From positions 19,826 to 83,825 of IMG/VR virus record IMGVR_UViG_3300012346_000220: a DNA stretch of 64,000 nt; one strand, given 5' to 3'. This document shows positions 9,715 through 20,310 of the stretch, piece by piece. The translations under genes and the position numbers were made by a program. The stretch comes from a virus (lineage: Duplodnaviria > Heunggongvirae > Uroviricota > Caudoviricetes). How positions within the stretch are numbered: position 1 is the first letter of the stretch; each line of letters begins with the position of its first letter. Below the pieces are notes generated by a model. The model was not told the DNA's origin and did no database searches. It saw only the letters and a program-made list of their open reading frames with translations.

Positions 9715-10194
9715 ATGCTTGCAAAAATTGAAAATGGTGTGGTGACACAGTGGCCCTTGGGCGAACACTTCATCCAGACCGCAAACCCAAACACCTCGTT
9801 CTCTTTCCCGCTAAGCGATGAAACCATTGCAGCTTTTGGGTTTGCGAGGTTTGACTACTCCGATCCGGCACCGTATGACGCGGAGTTTCAAGAGCCCCGC
9901 GAGATAACGCCCGTGCTGAACGGTGTTGTGGCAACTCAGGCTTGGGAGATCGTTGAAAAATACAGCGCCGAAGAAAAAGCTGCCTATATTGCTCAACGTG
10001 ACGCTGACCGCTTAACTTCTGAAACTGCTTCTGTCAGGGCGCAGCGTAATGCCAAGCTTTCGGAATCCGACTGGACTCAGGTTGCTGACGCCCCTGTGGA
10101 TCAAGCTGCTTGGGCTACGTACCGCCAAGCGCTGCGCGATGTAACGGGCCAAGCAGGATTCCCTTGGACGATTGACTGGCCGGTGGCTCCCTGA
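9715..10194 (+). CDS. Tail fibre assembly chaperone-like protein
   Basis: 159 aa directly after the fibre genes. Starts MLAKIENGVV... Preceded by AAGGAAAAATC. Confidence 0.4.
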   Translation: MLAKIENGVVTQWPLGEHFIQTANPNTSFSFPLSDETIAAFGFARFDYSDPAPYDAEFQEPREITPVLNGVVATQAWEIVEKYSAEEKAAYIAQRDADRLTSETASVRAQRNAKLSESDWTQVADAPVDQAAWATYRQALRDVTGQAGFPWTIDWPVAP

Positions 10195-10293
10195 CCATGA
10201 GAGATTGGGCCGTTAGCTTTATCGCTGCGGCCCTGCTTATTGGGCTTGTGCTTTGGTGCGTCCGTGTTTTAATCCCGTTGTTCAGGGCGTTGT

Positions 10294-10740
10294 ATGTTGG
10301 TTGAGTTGGCGGCTTGCAACGCCGCATTTTCTGTAATCAAGCAGGCTCTGGCCAACGGCAAGGAGCTATCCGCGCTCGGCTCCAAGGTCTTCGATTACTT
10401 TGACAACAAGTCGAGAATCCAAGAGAAGGCCACCCAAAAAGGTGGCGGCTCAGACCTTGAAGAGTTCATGGCGCTGGAACAACTCCGGCAGCAAGAGGAG
10501 CACCTGCGCGAGTCCATGGTCTACGCGGGCCGCGCAGGCATGTGGGATGACTGGCAAAAGTTCCAAGCTGCCGCTGCGCGTAAGCGCAGAGAGGCCAAAG
10601 AAGCAGCCGCCCGCGCCATCATTAACCGCAAGAAAAGAGCCGAACAGCTTGTTGAGTATTTTGCTATCGGCCTCGCTGGGTTGATTTTGACCGCCCTGAT
10701 TATTTACGGCATCGTGCTGTACGTCAGGTATCTGCGATGA
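10294..10740 (+). CDS. Coiled-coil protein with C-terminal transmembrane helix (lysis-cassette associated)
   Basis: C-terminal hydrophobic helix IGLAGLILTALIIYGIVLYV. Lies upstream of the lysozyme. Confidence 0.35.
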   Translation: MLVELAACNAAFSVIKQALANGKELSALGSKVFDYFDNKSRIQEKATQKGGGSDLEEFMALEQLRQQEEHLRESMVYAGRAGMWDDWQKFQAAAARKRREAKEAAARAIINRKKRAEQLVEYFAIGLAGLILTALIIYGIVLYVRYLR

Positions 10741-11345
10741 GTGAGAAGCCCGCGTCCACAATTGACAAGGTGCTGGCCTATGTGGACAGCCCTTTCAAGC
10801 TGTTTGCCCTCCTTGTGATGGGCATTGTGGCGTTCGTGGGGTATTTCCTGTGGCAGAACCAAGAGTTCATGCGCGACGCCTACCGCGAATCAAAGAAGCT
10901 GCCTGAGATCAACACCAGTCGGGTCGATGAGACTTCGGCCATGCTGTTCAAGAAGACGGGCGCGGCAACGGTGGCGGTGTTCAAAGTCAACCCGCTGTTC
11001 AACAGTCGCGTGCTCTACAAGGCGTACACCAAGGATGGCCGGGATAAGAGCATTGAGGACATCGACGTCGGGCTGTTCAGCCAGAACTCTGGCAACAACA
11101 ACGACGTGATTGCCTTGATGACCAATCAAATCCCATGCAGCGAGTACCGCTACGCCCAGTCCGAGGTTGGCTTGTGGTACATCGAGAAGGGCGTGGGGTA
11201 CACCTGCCGCGTCAGCGTACCGCCGGACAGTCACCGCTTCGTTGGCCAGATCACGGTGGGCTGGCCGCAGCAGCCCGAAAGTCTCGAACAAGTAAAATTC
11301 ATGCTGGAAATTGCCAGCGCCATGCTAACCAAAAGGGGAAATTGA
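10737..11345 (+). CDS. N-terminally membrane-anchored protein (lysis-cassette associated)
   Basis: TM helix LFALLVMGIVAFVGYFLW near the N-terminus. ATGA overlap with the next gene. Confidence 0.35.
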   Translation: MSEKPASTIDKVLAYVDSPFKLFALLVMGIVAFVGYFLWQNQEFMRDAYRESKKLPEINTSRVDETSAMLFKKTGAATVAVFKVNPLFNSRVLYKAYTKDGRDKSIEDIDVGLFSQNSGNNNDVIALMTNQIPCSEYRYAQSEVGLWYIEKGVGYTCRVSVPPDSHRFVGQITVGWPQQPESLEQVKFMLEIASAMLTKRGN

Positions 11346-11848
11346 TGCTCTCACTGTTTTCAACTCTTGGAGGTCTGCTGATCTCCGGTCTGCCGAAGCT
11401 GCTGGAATACTTTCAGAACAAGGCCGACCAGAAACACGAACTGGCGTTGGCTCAAGTTCAGACCGAGCGTGAACTTGCACTGGCTGCTGCTGGTTTTGCA
11501 GCTCAGGCCAAGATCGAGGAAATCCGCACGGAGCAGGTCTCGATGCAGACGGATGCTCAGATGACTGAGGCAGCACTGGCCCATGACGCCAAGGTTCTGG
11601 AGAAAGCTGCCTCTTGGGTGTCCAGCTACGTGGGCACCGTTCGCCCGACAGTGACCTACATCTTCGTGACTGAGCTGGTTGCCATCAATGCCTTCATGGC
11701 GTTTTACCTGTGGCAGCGCCCCGAACTGATCCAGAGTATCGACGATGTGATCCGCTACTCAGACGTCATCTTCAGCTCTGACGAGATGGCCATGCTCGGC
11801 GGTATTATCGGATTCTGGTTTGGCTCTCGCGGCTGGAACAAGAAATGA
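11345..11848 (+). CDS. Putative holin (multi-TM membrane protein)
   Basis: Start at the internal ATG at 11345 (MLSLFSTLGGLLISGL). Further hydrophobic helices near the C-terminus. Immediately precedes the lysozyme. Confidence 0.4.
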   Translation: MLSLFSTLGGLLISGLPKLLEYFQNKADQKHELALAQVQTERELALAAAGFAAQAKIEEIRTEQVSMQTDAQMTEAALAHDAKVLEKAASWVSSYVGTVRPTVTYIFVTELVAINAFMAFYLWQRPELIQSIDDVIRYSDVIFSSDEMAMLGGIIGFWFGSRGWNKK

Positions 11849-12351
11849 AACTGAGCAAAGCTGGCGCAGACCTGATGCACCGCTTTGAGGGGTGCAGGAA
11901 CAAGCCGTACCTGTGCCCGGCTCACATCTGGACGATTGGCTACGGCCACGTCCTGTACCAAGATCAGATTCGCCTGCCAATGGTGCGCGTGGACGGAAAG
12001 CCAGCGCCCATGATTCGCAAAGAAATGCCACTGAAACCGGAGGATGCCCGTGTCTGGAGCAAGTCAGAAATTGAGGAACTATTCGCGGCTGACATCGCAA
12101 ATTTTGAACGTGGTGTTCTTCGACTTGTTCCCGGCTGTGTTGGCCGTCAAGGCAGCTTTGACGCTCTGGTCAGCATATCCTTCAATTTTGGGCTAGGGAA
12201 CCTCCAGCGCAGCACCATCCGCATGAAGGCCAACCGTGGCGACTGGGAAGGCGCAGCAGAGGCATTCAGGGCTTGGACAAAAGGTGGCGGTAAAGTCCTT
12301 CCGGGACTCGTCAAGCGTCGGGAAGCCGAGATTGCGCTGTTCCTGAGTTAA
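11845..12351 (+). CDS. Endolysin, phage lysozyme (GH24/T4-lysozyme-like)
   Basis: N-terminal LMHRFEGCRNKPYLCPAHIWTIGYGHV matches the catalytic E...D...T region of the GH24 family. Confidence 0.75.
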   Translation: MKLSKAGADLMHRFEGCRNKPYLCPAHIWTIGYGHVLYQDQIRLPMVRVDGKPAPMIRKEMPLKPEDARVWSKSEIEELFAADIANFERGVLRLVPGCVGRQGSFDALVSISFNFGLGNLQRSTIRMKANRGDWEGAAEAFRAWTKGGGKVLPGLVKRREAEIALFLS

Positions 12352-12366
12352 TAGGACAATACCCCC

Positions 12367-14463
12367 ATGCCACTACAAAAAATTCTGTTCAAGCCCGGAG
12401 TGAATCGGGAAAATACCCGCTACACCACCGAAGGCGGGTGGTACGACGGCGACAAAATCCGTTTCCGCCAAGGCACGCCCGAAGTTATTGGTGGCTGGCA
12501 GCGCATTTCGGCCAGCACGTTCATTGGTGTGTGCCGCTCTTTATGGAACTGGGTAACGCTGGGGGGCCTCAATCTGGTGGGCGTCGGCACAAACCTGAAG
12601 TTCTACATTGAAAAGGGCGGGGCATACAACGACATCACGCCAATTCGGGCCAGCAGCACAATCAACAACAACCCTTTTACGGCCACCCTCGGCTCCGCTG
12701 TTATTACCGTAACAGACACGGCGCACGGATGTGTGACAGGGGACTTTGTGACTTTTAGCGGGGCGGTCGGTTTGGGTGGCAACATTACTGCCACCGTGCT
12801 CAACCAAGAGTACCAAGTCACCGTTGTCAACAACGACATCTACACCGTAACTGTTGGCGCTACGGCCAACGCCACGGATGTCTCCGGTTCTCCCGGCGGC
12901 GGAGCTTCGGTTGTTGCCGCGTACCAGCTTAACGTCGGCCCGGCCACGTCCATCCCACTTACTGGCTGGGGCGCAGGTGTTTGGGGTGCAGGTGTTTGGG
13001 GTACAGGCGGCACTTCCAACTCGGTGATCCGGTTGTGGAACCAAGTCAACTACGGCGAAGACTTGCTCTTCGGCCCTCGCGGCGGCGGACTCTACTACTG
13101 GGACGCTACCAGTGGCGTGGCGTCTCGGGGCGTACTTCTGCGCGATCTTGGCGGAACTGCCACCATCACCATCGCTTCCCCCGCCGTTGTCACATCCACG
13201 ATTTTGTACAACGAAGGCGCAGGCATTTCGTTCTCGACCACCGGGGCGTTGCCAACGGGCATCACTGCGGGTACTACGTATTTTGTGTACAACACCGTCG
13301 GGTTGACTTTCAATCTTCTCGATGCCGCGGGCAATATCGTTAATACGTCGGGCACACAATCGGGCGCGCAGACGATTACTCCGACCGATATTCCGCTGAT
13401 GCAAAACTTCTTTACTGTGTCGGGTACGTCGCGGTTCATCATCGCCTACGGCGTAAACGACTACGGCAGCGCCGTGCAGGACCCGATGTTGATCCGCTGG
13501 TCGGCACAAGACGACCCCTACAACTGGACGCCTGACGCAACCAACCAAGCGGGGAGCATCCGCCTGTCGCACGGCTCTGAGATCATCACGGCCATCCAGA
13601 CGCGGCAGGAAATCGTGACCTTCACGGACTCAGCGGTGTTCTCGTTGCAGTACCTCGGACCCCCCTCCGTATGGCAGACGCAATTGCTTGGCGACAACAT
13701 CTCCATCATGAGCCCCAACGCAGTTGCACTGGCTTCTGGCGTGGTGTACTGGATGGGCGTGGACAAGTTCTACACGTACGACGGCCGGGTCCAAACACTC
13801 AACTGCGACGTACGCCGCTACGTGTTCAGCAACTTCAACCAGAGCCAGTCGGCGCAGGTGTTCGCGGGGACCAATGAGGGCTTCAACGAGGTTTGGTGGT
13901 TCTACTGTTCCGCAAACAGCACCGTGGTTGACAAGTATGTGATCTACAACTACCTTGAAAAAATCTGGTATTACGGCACGCTGGGCCGCACCGCATGGCT
14001 GGACTCCGGCTTGCGCGACTACCCGCTGGCGGCTACATACACCTACAACTTGGTGAACCATGAGCAGGGAGTTAACGACAACGAGACGGGCACGACCGCA
14101 GCGATTGCCGCTAACATTTCGTCGTCCGAGTTCGACATTCAAGACGGGCACCAGTTCGGGTTTGTTTGGCGTGTGCTGCCAGACTTGACCTTTGAGACCT
14201 CGTCCAACTCACCAACGGCGCAGCTGCCCACAGTCACTATGACGTTGTACGGCTTGTCCAACTCAGGTTCTGGGGTAACCAGCTCCGCTGGGGCACCAGT
14301 GGCCAAGAGTTCTACATACGTCATCACTGAAGAGTTCACGGGGCAGATTTACACCCGCATGCGCGGCCGACAGATGATCTTCAAGATCGAGTCCGACCAG
14401 ATCAACACAACGTGGCAGATCGGCGCTCCGCGAATTGACATCCGCCCGGATGGGAGACGCTGA
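12367..14463 (+). CDS. Large virion protein (W-rich, possible beta-propeller; GWGAGVWGAGVWG motif)
   Basis: 698 aa. Shares a WG-repeat motif with the 6935..7756 protein. Function not resolved (portal or tail component). Confidence 0.4.
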   Translation: MPLQKILFKPGVNRENTRYTTEGGWYDGDKIRFRQGTPEVIGGWQRISASTFIGVCRSLWNWVTLGGLNLVGVGTNLKFYIEKGGAYNDITPIRASSTINNNPFTATLGSAVITVTDTAHGCVTGDFVTFSGAVGLGGNITATVLNQEYQVTVVNNDIYTVTVGATANATDVSGSPGGGASVVAAYQLNVGPATSIPLTGWGAGVWGAGVWGTGGTSNSVIRLWNQVNYGEDLLFGPRGGGLYYWDATSGVASRGVLLRDLGGTATITIASPAVVTSTILYNEGAGISFSTTGALPTGITAGTTYFVYNTVGLTFNLLDAAGNIVNTSGTQSGAQTITPTDIPLMQNFFTVSGTSRFIIAYGVNDYGSAVQDPMLIRWSAQDDPYNWTPDATNQAGSIRLSHGSEIITAIQTRQEIVTFTDSAVFSLQYLGPPSVWQTQLLGDNISIMSPNAVALASGVVYWMGVDKFYTYDGRVQTLNCDVRRYVFSNFNQSQSAQVFAGTNEGFNEVWWFYCSANSTVVDKYVIYNYLEKIWYYGTLGRTAWLDSGLRDYPLAATYTYNLVNHEQGVNDNETGTTAAIAANISSSEFDIQDGHQFGFVWRVLPDLTFETSSNSPTAQLPTVTMTLYGLSNSGSGVTSSAGAPVAKSSTYVITEEFTGQIYTRMRGRQMIFKIESDQINTTWQIGAPRIDIRPDGRR

Positions 14464-14735
14464 TGGCTGAACTTAATGCAACACCCCCCAACCTCCCGCT
14501 GGCTCCGGACCAGTACGAGCGCCGGTATCAGGATCAACTGAACAACATTCTGCGGCTGTTTTTTAACCAGCTCAACAACCCCGGAGATGTGGGCGCAGCT
14601 ACGTTGAACTTGAACCTGAACACGTTGCCGACAGACGCGGACGAAGCTACCCTGAGACTTGGCGACGTTTTTCGAGACACCACCACGGGCGCTACTGCTA
14701 CAAGCCAAGCGCTTCGCATAAAGACTGCCCCGTGA
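14463..14735 (+). CDS. Hypothetical small virion protein
   Basis: 90 aa. ATGA-coupled to the upstream gene. Confidence 0.3.
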   Translation: MAELNATPPNLPLAPDQYERRYQDQLNNILRLFFNQLNNPGDVGAATLNLNLNTLPTDADEATLRLGDVFRDTTTGATATSQALRIKTAP

Positions 14736-14769
14736 TAACATCCACCAACCCTATTTTTAAGAGGCAAAT

Positions 14770-17613
14770 ATGAGCCTTCACGCACTCGCGGGCCACATGT
14801 CCGCCAAAGGCCGTGGTCCCGACTCGATGTTGGTCCACATGTCGCCCCGAGAAGTCGCAAGCCTTCAAGCGCTTGCGGTGAAAAACGGCACGTCGCTGAC
14901 AATCAACCCCGATACCGGGTTGCCTGAAGCACTGAAGCTCAAAGACATTCTGCCTGCTATTGCAGGCGTTGCGCTTGGCCCCGCCGGGTTTGGTTTGATG
15001 TCCGCCGGTATGGCCGGTTTGACCGTTGGCGGTATCACCACGCTGGCTACCGGCAGCTTGTCTCGCGGGCTCATGGCCGGTATGGGTGCGTACGGTGCTT
15101 CCGGTTTGGCCGAAGGCTTGATGGGGGCAGGGGCGGGGGCGGCGCAGGGAGCGGCAATGTCCGAACTCACGCAAGAACAGATTGCCCAACAAATGGCTGA
15201 AAAAGGCTTGAGTCAACAAGGTGTTTTAAACCAAGCCGCTGCGGACGCCACAAGTAAGTATGCCTCCAGCGGTTTTGGCGATCGCCTGACGCAAGGCGCG
15301 TCGGCTGCGATGAATAACCCAAAGGGTTTTGTGGAAGGCATGGGCGGCTACGGCAAACTTGCACAGTCAGGACTTGCAGCAATCTCCCCCATCATGGCGG
15401 ATCAAGGCGTTCAAACAGCAACGCAGCGTCCTAGCACTCCGGCCAACATCCGCCGGTACAGTTTCGATCCGTACGGTGGAAAATACACTTCCCAAGGCCT
15501 GTACCCCGCAGAAAAAGACCAAGGCATGGCCCAAGGCGGCATCGTGGCGTTGGCTGGCGGAGGTTTTACAGACGCCCAAGTTGCCTCGTATATTCAAAAC
15601 AACAATCTCAGCGGGCAAGCACTCAAAGACGCGGGGGATGTATTTGGTTTAAACGCAGATCAGCTGGGCCGCGCCCAAGCATTGCTTACCACTAAAGACC
15701 CGAGCATTCAGGCTGCAACCGACGCGTACAACGCTTCTGTGGCAGGGCGTCCTGATTTGGTAGCACAAAATCTTGGGTACTACAACCCTGCTGCACAAAG
15801 CGGCTCGGGCTGGGAAGACGTGGTTACCAACCGCTACATACAAGATCAGCCAAACGCAGGCTACGCACAGATTAACGCCGCTAGGCAAGGCTCCGGAATA
15901 ACCAACGAAGATTTAGATCGTAGTTTTGACCGGTACGGCTACTCCGATGCGCTTTACAACGTGACCACTTCGCCGGACTGGAAAAATGAGCAGGGGTTGA
16001 CCGGGTTTGCCGGGTTGTCGTCTAACATTAACGCTTATGTAAATAAGGCGAATGAGGTAAACATGACCCCCGCTGAAAAGCGGGCTCGGGCTTACGATGA
16101 CATGCTAAATTCCGGCATGAACATGAAAGATGTTGTTCGCGCTACTGGCAAAACCATTGACGAACTGTTTCCGGACCGTAAGCCCGTTGTGCCAATCGCT
16201 ACTGCAACAGACCTGCCCGGCGGCGTCAGTGGCGGCGGCAATACCTACGTCAACCCTAACGGTACGGTTACAACAGCGCCCGACATTCCCGGCCGACCAG
16301 AAGGCGGCTTCACAGGAATGGGGCAAGTGCGCGATGCGTACACACAGGGCGGCGGTAGTTTGGGGTACGTCAACGCCGCACCTAAAACAATTGACGAGTT
16401 CAACCAACGCTTTAACAAGCAGTCGGGCAGCTCACTGGCGGCGTACGAATACCTCATGGGCAAAGGCGCGTACCCAACCAACTCCAGCACGACTGAGATC
16501 ATGAAGCCGTACAGTGAGTCAGCGCTGGGTATTGCGCCAGCAGAAGGTCGTCCAACACAAAAATACATCTACGACAACAACTCAAAGACATACAGGACAA
16601 ACCCGGCTTTCATTCCTGTCACATACGACAGCGAAGGCAAACGCGTTGTGGGCGTGTCTGACAACCAAGTACTGGATGCGCTTACCAAAAAGGCAAGCGG
16701 AGGGGTGGTAGGGTACGCATTTGGCGGCACTGCGCAAGAATCCGTGGACGAAGCGCAGCAAAAGCTCAATGACTTTTTGATAAAAAACAACGTGTCGCAT
16801 GAGAGGATTGCGGCAGTGTTGGGCATTTCAGTACCCGAGGCCAAAAAGCGCTACCCGCTAACTAGCCCAACTAAAGCGGCTACGTTTGACACAAACCAAA
16901 TCTACGGCGTCGATGGCGGAGGCGGTGGTGCTGGCGGGTTTGGTGCTCCCGGAGGTGTAACCAGCGGTGTAGCCGATTCCAACTCCATGACCGGCGGTGC
17001 ATTTGCGGCAGCTATGGATGCGCTTGGCTTGTCGCAAGACCCTAGTAGTGTGGGCGTAGTTTCCATGGGCGAGACTGGGTTTGCCGCTGATGCTGCCGCT
17101 GCCGCTGCTGCCGCCGATAACGGTCAAGCCGCAGAAGGGGGGAACACTGCCGCCGGTGTCGCCGCTGGTGCTGCTGATGCTGCTGGTTCCGGTGCTGGTA
17201 CAGGTGATAGCGGTGGCGGTATTGGTGCCGGAGACGGTGGGGGCGGTATTGGTGCTGGTGAAGGCTTGGCCAGAGGTGGTCTCGGCGGTCTCGGCGCTTT
17301 GGCACGCGGCGGTGCAACCTCCCAGTACAACCTTGGCGGCTACTCTGATGGCGGTCGTTTGCTACGCGGTCCCGGTGATGGCGTGTCTGATAGCATCCCT
17401 GCGACAATCGGTAACCGTCAGCCTGCACGCCTTGCTGATGGCGAGTTTGTAGTCCCCGCCCGCATCGTGTCTGAGCTGGGTAACGGCTCGACTGAAGCAG
17501 GCGCACGCAAGCTATACGCCATGATGGACCGTGTCCAAAAAGCCCGTGGTAAAACCACTGGCAAAGGCCGCGTTGCTGCCAACACACGTTCTGACAAACA
17601 CCTTCCCGCATAA
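14770..17613 (+). CDS. Large internal virion protein with Gly/Ala low-complexity C-terminal half
   Basis: 947 aa. Poly-Gly/Ala tracts (GGGGAGGFGAPGG..., AAADAAAAAAAAD). No enzymatic motif recognised. Confidence 0.45.
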   Translation: MSLHALAGHMSAKGRGPDSMLVHMSPREVASLQALAVKNGTSLTINPDTGLPEALKLKDILPAIAGVALGPAGFGLMSAGMAGLTVGGITTLATGSLSRGLMAGMGAYGASGLAEGLMGAGAGAAQGAAMSELTQEQIAQQMAEKGLSQQGVLNQAAADATSKYASSGFGDRLTQGASAAMNNPKGFVEGMGGYGKLAQSGLAAISPIMADQGVQTATQRPSTPANIRRYSFDPYGGKYTSQGLYPAEKDQGMAQGGIVALAGGGFTDAQVASYIQNNNLSGQALKDAGDVFGLNADQLGRAQALLTTKDPSIQAATDAYNASVAGRPDLVAQNLGYYNPAAQSGSGWEDVVTNRYIQDQPNAGYAQINAARQGSGITNEDLDRSFDRYGYSDALYNVTTSPDWKNEQGLTGFAGLSSNINAYVNKANEVNMTPAEKRARAYDDMLNSGMNMKDVVRATGKTIDELFPDRKPVVPIATATDLPGGVSGGGNTYVNPNGTVTTAPDIPGRPEGGFTGMGQVRDAYTQGGGSLGYVNAAPKTIDEFNQRFNKQSGSSLAAYEYLMGKGAYPTNSSTTEIMKPYSESALGIAPAEGRPTQKYIYDNNSKTYRTNPAFIPVTYDSEGKRVVGVSDNQVLDALTKKASGGVVGYAFGGTAQESVDEAQQKLNDFLIKNNVSHERIAAVLGISVPEAKKRYPLTSPTKAATFDTNQIYGVDGGGGGAGGFGAPGGVTSGVADSNSMTGGAFAAAMDALGLSQDPSSVGVVSMGETGFAADAAAAAAAADNGQAAEGGNTAAGVAAGAADAAGSGAGTGDSGGGIGAGDGGGGIGAGEGLARGGLGGLGALARGGATSQYNLGGYSDGGRLLRGPGDGVSDSIPATIGNRQPARLADGEFVVPARIVSELGNGSTEAGARKLYAMMDRVQKARGKTTGKGRVAANTRSDKHLPA

Positions 17614-17624
17614 GGAGCCACGAC

Positions 17625-18650
17625 ATGGCTGATCCAATCCAACAAAATGTATCGCAAACGTCGATCCCAGACTACGCTAAACCGTACGTCGAAACCCTGT
17701 TGGGGCAAACGCAGGCGTTGACAGACCTTGAGTACAACCCCTACATGCAGTACATGGGGGAGCGGCAAGCGCAGTTCACCCCGTTGCAGCAGCAGTCGTA
17801 CGAAAACGCTGCGTTGATGCAGACGGCGCCTCAGTTGGCGGACGCCACTGCACTGGCCGGGCAGGCGGGCTTGGGCGCACTGAATGCCAGCTTTACGTAC
17901 AACCCATACCAAGCGCAGTCGTTTACCGACAGCGGCAAAGCCGCCAGCTACATGTCGCCGTACATGCAGAACGTCGTGGATGTTCAGTCGCAGCAGGCGC
18001 GTCGTCAAGCTGACATCGCTGCGCAGACGCAGCAAGCCCAAGCCGCCCGTTCGGGTGCGTTTGGTGGCGCACGTGACTACATCTCCCGCTCTCAGGGAAA
18101 CGCAGAACTCCAGCGCAATCTGGCCAATATCCAAGCCACGGGTTCGCAGAACGCGTACCAGCAAGGCATGCAGCAGTTCAACGCCGAACAAGGCGCAAAC
18201 CAAGCAGCGGCCAACCTCAACGCACAGCAAGGCCAGTTTGGTGCAGGTCTGGGTCTGCAAGGTTTGCAAACAGCGCTCACCAGCGCCAACACCTTGGGCA
18301 ACTTAGGTAACCAGCAGTACACCCAGAACATGGGCGCTACCACTCTGCAAAACCAGTTCGGTGCTCAGCAGCAACAGCAGACGCAGAACATCTTGAACAA
18401 TCAGTACCAAGACTATCTGAACGCACAGAACTACCCATACAAGCAGTTGGGCTTTATGTCCGACATGCTGCGCGGCTTGCCGCTGACTCAACAGTCTTCG
18501 ACAATCTATCAGGCGGCACCCTCAACGGGTGCGCAGCTCATCGGCGCAGGCACTGCACTGGCCGGTGCGTCCAAACTGTTTGCAAAAGGCGGCGCTGTGA
18601 ACTCTCGACCAGCAGGTCTGGCCGACTTGGCTCTTTCTCGGATGGCGTAA
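17625..18650 (+). CDS. Gln/Asn/Ala-rich virion protein
   Basis: 341 aa, strongly Q/N/A/G-biased. Confidence 0.4.
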   Translation: MADPIQQNVSQTSIPDYAKPYVETLLGQTQALTDLEYNPYMQYMGERQAQFTPLQQQSYENAALMQTAPQLADATALAGQAGLGALNASFTYNPYQAQSFTDSGKAASYMSPYMQNVVDVQSQQARRQADIAAQTQQAQAARSGAFGGARDYISRSQGNAELQRNLANIQATGSQNAYQQGMQQFNAEQGANQAAANLNAQQGQFGAGLGLQGLQTALTSANTLGNLGNQQYTQNMGATTLQNQFGAQQQQQTQNILNNQYQDYLNAQNYPYKQLGFMSDMLRGLPLTQQSSTIYQAAPSTGAQLIGAGTALAGASKLFAKGGAVNSRPAGLADLALSRMA

Positions 18651-18659
18651 GGATAAATC

Positions 18660-20237
18660 ATGGCAATCGACCAACGCGACGTCAGCTCTACCCTGCGGTT
18701 CATGGATGACCGCGCATTGCAGCAGTACGCTGCAATGCACAAGAACGACCCCTACATCTTCCCACTGGCTTTCCAAGAAAGCCAGAACCGTCAGAAGCTG
18801 CGCATGCAACAACAAGCGCAAGCAGGTGCGCAGCCCCAGCCAAAAGTAGCCGACCAAGCGTTGGCCCAGATGGCTCCCCCACAGCCGCAACCAGTGCCAG
18901 AAGCACAAGGTATTGGCGCTTTGGCCGCTCCCAATATGCAGCAGATGGCTGATGGCGGTATTGCCGGGTATGACGACGATGCCAATTTTGCTGCACGCAG
19001 CGAGCCCGTTGTGATGATGGCTGACGGCGGTGTTGCCCGCTACAACGGAGCGCAGGGGTCTGCTGTTAACCCAGAACTGGCCAGTTTGATGGATGCCCGT
19101 CAACGCTACATTCTTGCAGGCTCAGACACGTCAGGCATCGACCAAGCAATCTCTACGTTGCAAGCACAGATGGCTGCGCCCCAGTCACAAGCCAGCTATT
19201 CCAACGAAGGCCGAAACGCTCCGACGCCTGCCCCGCAAGCCAGTTACTCTAATGAAGGCCGTCGCGTTGCCGCGCCTGCTGTATCAAGTGTAAAAACGGA
19301 CGGAGCCGCGCCCAGTGCCGATACTGGTCGCCGCCCTCCTACAGATGTGAGCGCTTCCGCAAAGCTACCAAGCATGTCGGACCTGACTGCACTGCGTCAG
19401 CAAATCTCGGACAAGCAAGACTACAAAGACCCCGCAGCTTCTGGCCTGTTGGAGCTGGAAGCACGCGAGCGTGCAAACGCTGCCGCTGAAAAACAAGCCA
19501 TCGTAAGCGATGCCGAGAAGTTCAAAGACGCCTACAAGGGGCGTGAAGGACGACTGGCCGAGCGTGAGGCAGACATCGGCAAACAGAAAGACCAGAACAC
19601 AGGGCTTGCTCTTCTCAACGCAGGTCTGGCCATCATGTCCACTCCGGGCGGTTTGGCTACGGCCATCGGTAAGGGTGCACAGGTAGGCACGGCGCAGTTT
19701 GCCGCTGGTCTGGACAAGATTCGTTCCGCTCAAGAGCGTTTGGGTGAAGCCCGCGATAAGCTGGACGACATGAAGCTCAACCGCGAAGAGAACACTGCCA
19801 AGGAAATCCGTGCAGCCGAGCGTAACTACCGCGACGTGGCGGTCAATGCGCAGAAGCGCACGATTGACGGCATCCGTATGGCGGCTGACGTCAACGAGAA
19901 ACGTGCTTCGGACATCTACAGCAAGACTGTGGACATGACCAAAACGATGTACGAGCAGGGCGAAGCAAACAAGCGTTCTGCGGCCGGAAACCGGAACAAC
20001 CAACTGGAAATGCTGCAAGCCTTGCAAGCGGACCCTAAGTTGATGGCAACCTACCGCACAATGCAGGGCAAGAACGAAGACGTGATGGGTCAGTACAACG
20101 ACTACTTGAAAGCCAACCCTGCGCTGGCCCTTGACCCCAAGCAAGCCTTCACGCAGTTCTTGATGACCAAGTCGGCATTCCAACAACTGGGCACCCCCAC
20201 GGTAACGGATACGCCGACAGGAAAAGTGCGTAACTAA
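18660..20237 (+). CDS. Hypothetical virion protein (Q/A/P-rich N-terminal half, repeated MADGG motif)
   Basis: 525 aa. Confidence 0.4.
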   Translation: MAIDQRDVSSTLRFMDDRALQQYAAMHKNDPYIFPLAFQESQNRQKLRMQQQAQAGAQPQPKVADQALAQMAPPQPQPVPEAQGIGALAAPNMQQMADGGIAGYDDDANFAARSEPVVMMADGGVARYNGAQGSAVNPELASLMDARQRYILAGSDTSGIDQAISTLQAQMAAPQSQASYSNEGRNAPTPAPQASYSNEGRRVAAPAVSSVKTDGAAPSADTGRRPPTDVSASAKLPSMSDLTALRQQISDKQDYKDPAASGLLELEARERANAAAEKQAIVSDAEKFKDAYKGREGRLAEREADIGKQKDQNTGLALLNAGLAIMSTPGGLATAIGKGAQVGTAQFAAGLDKIRSAQERLGEARDKLDDMKLNREENTAKEIRAAERNYRDVAVNAQKRTIDGIRMAADVNEKRASDIYSKTVDMTKTMYEQGEANKRSAAGNRNNQLEMLQALQADPKLMATYRTMQGKNEDVMGQYNDYLKANPALALDPKQAFTQFLMTKSAFQQLGTPTVTDTPTGKVRN

Positions 20238-20310
20238 AACGCCCGCCTTGTCGTAAAATCTACGGTACGCGCCCACCGTTAAGGGCGCACCACAATTCGG
20301 AATACTTGCC

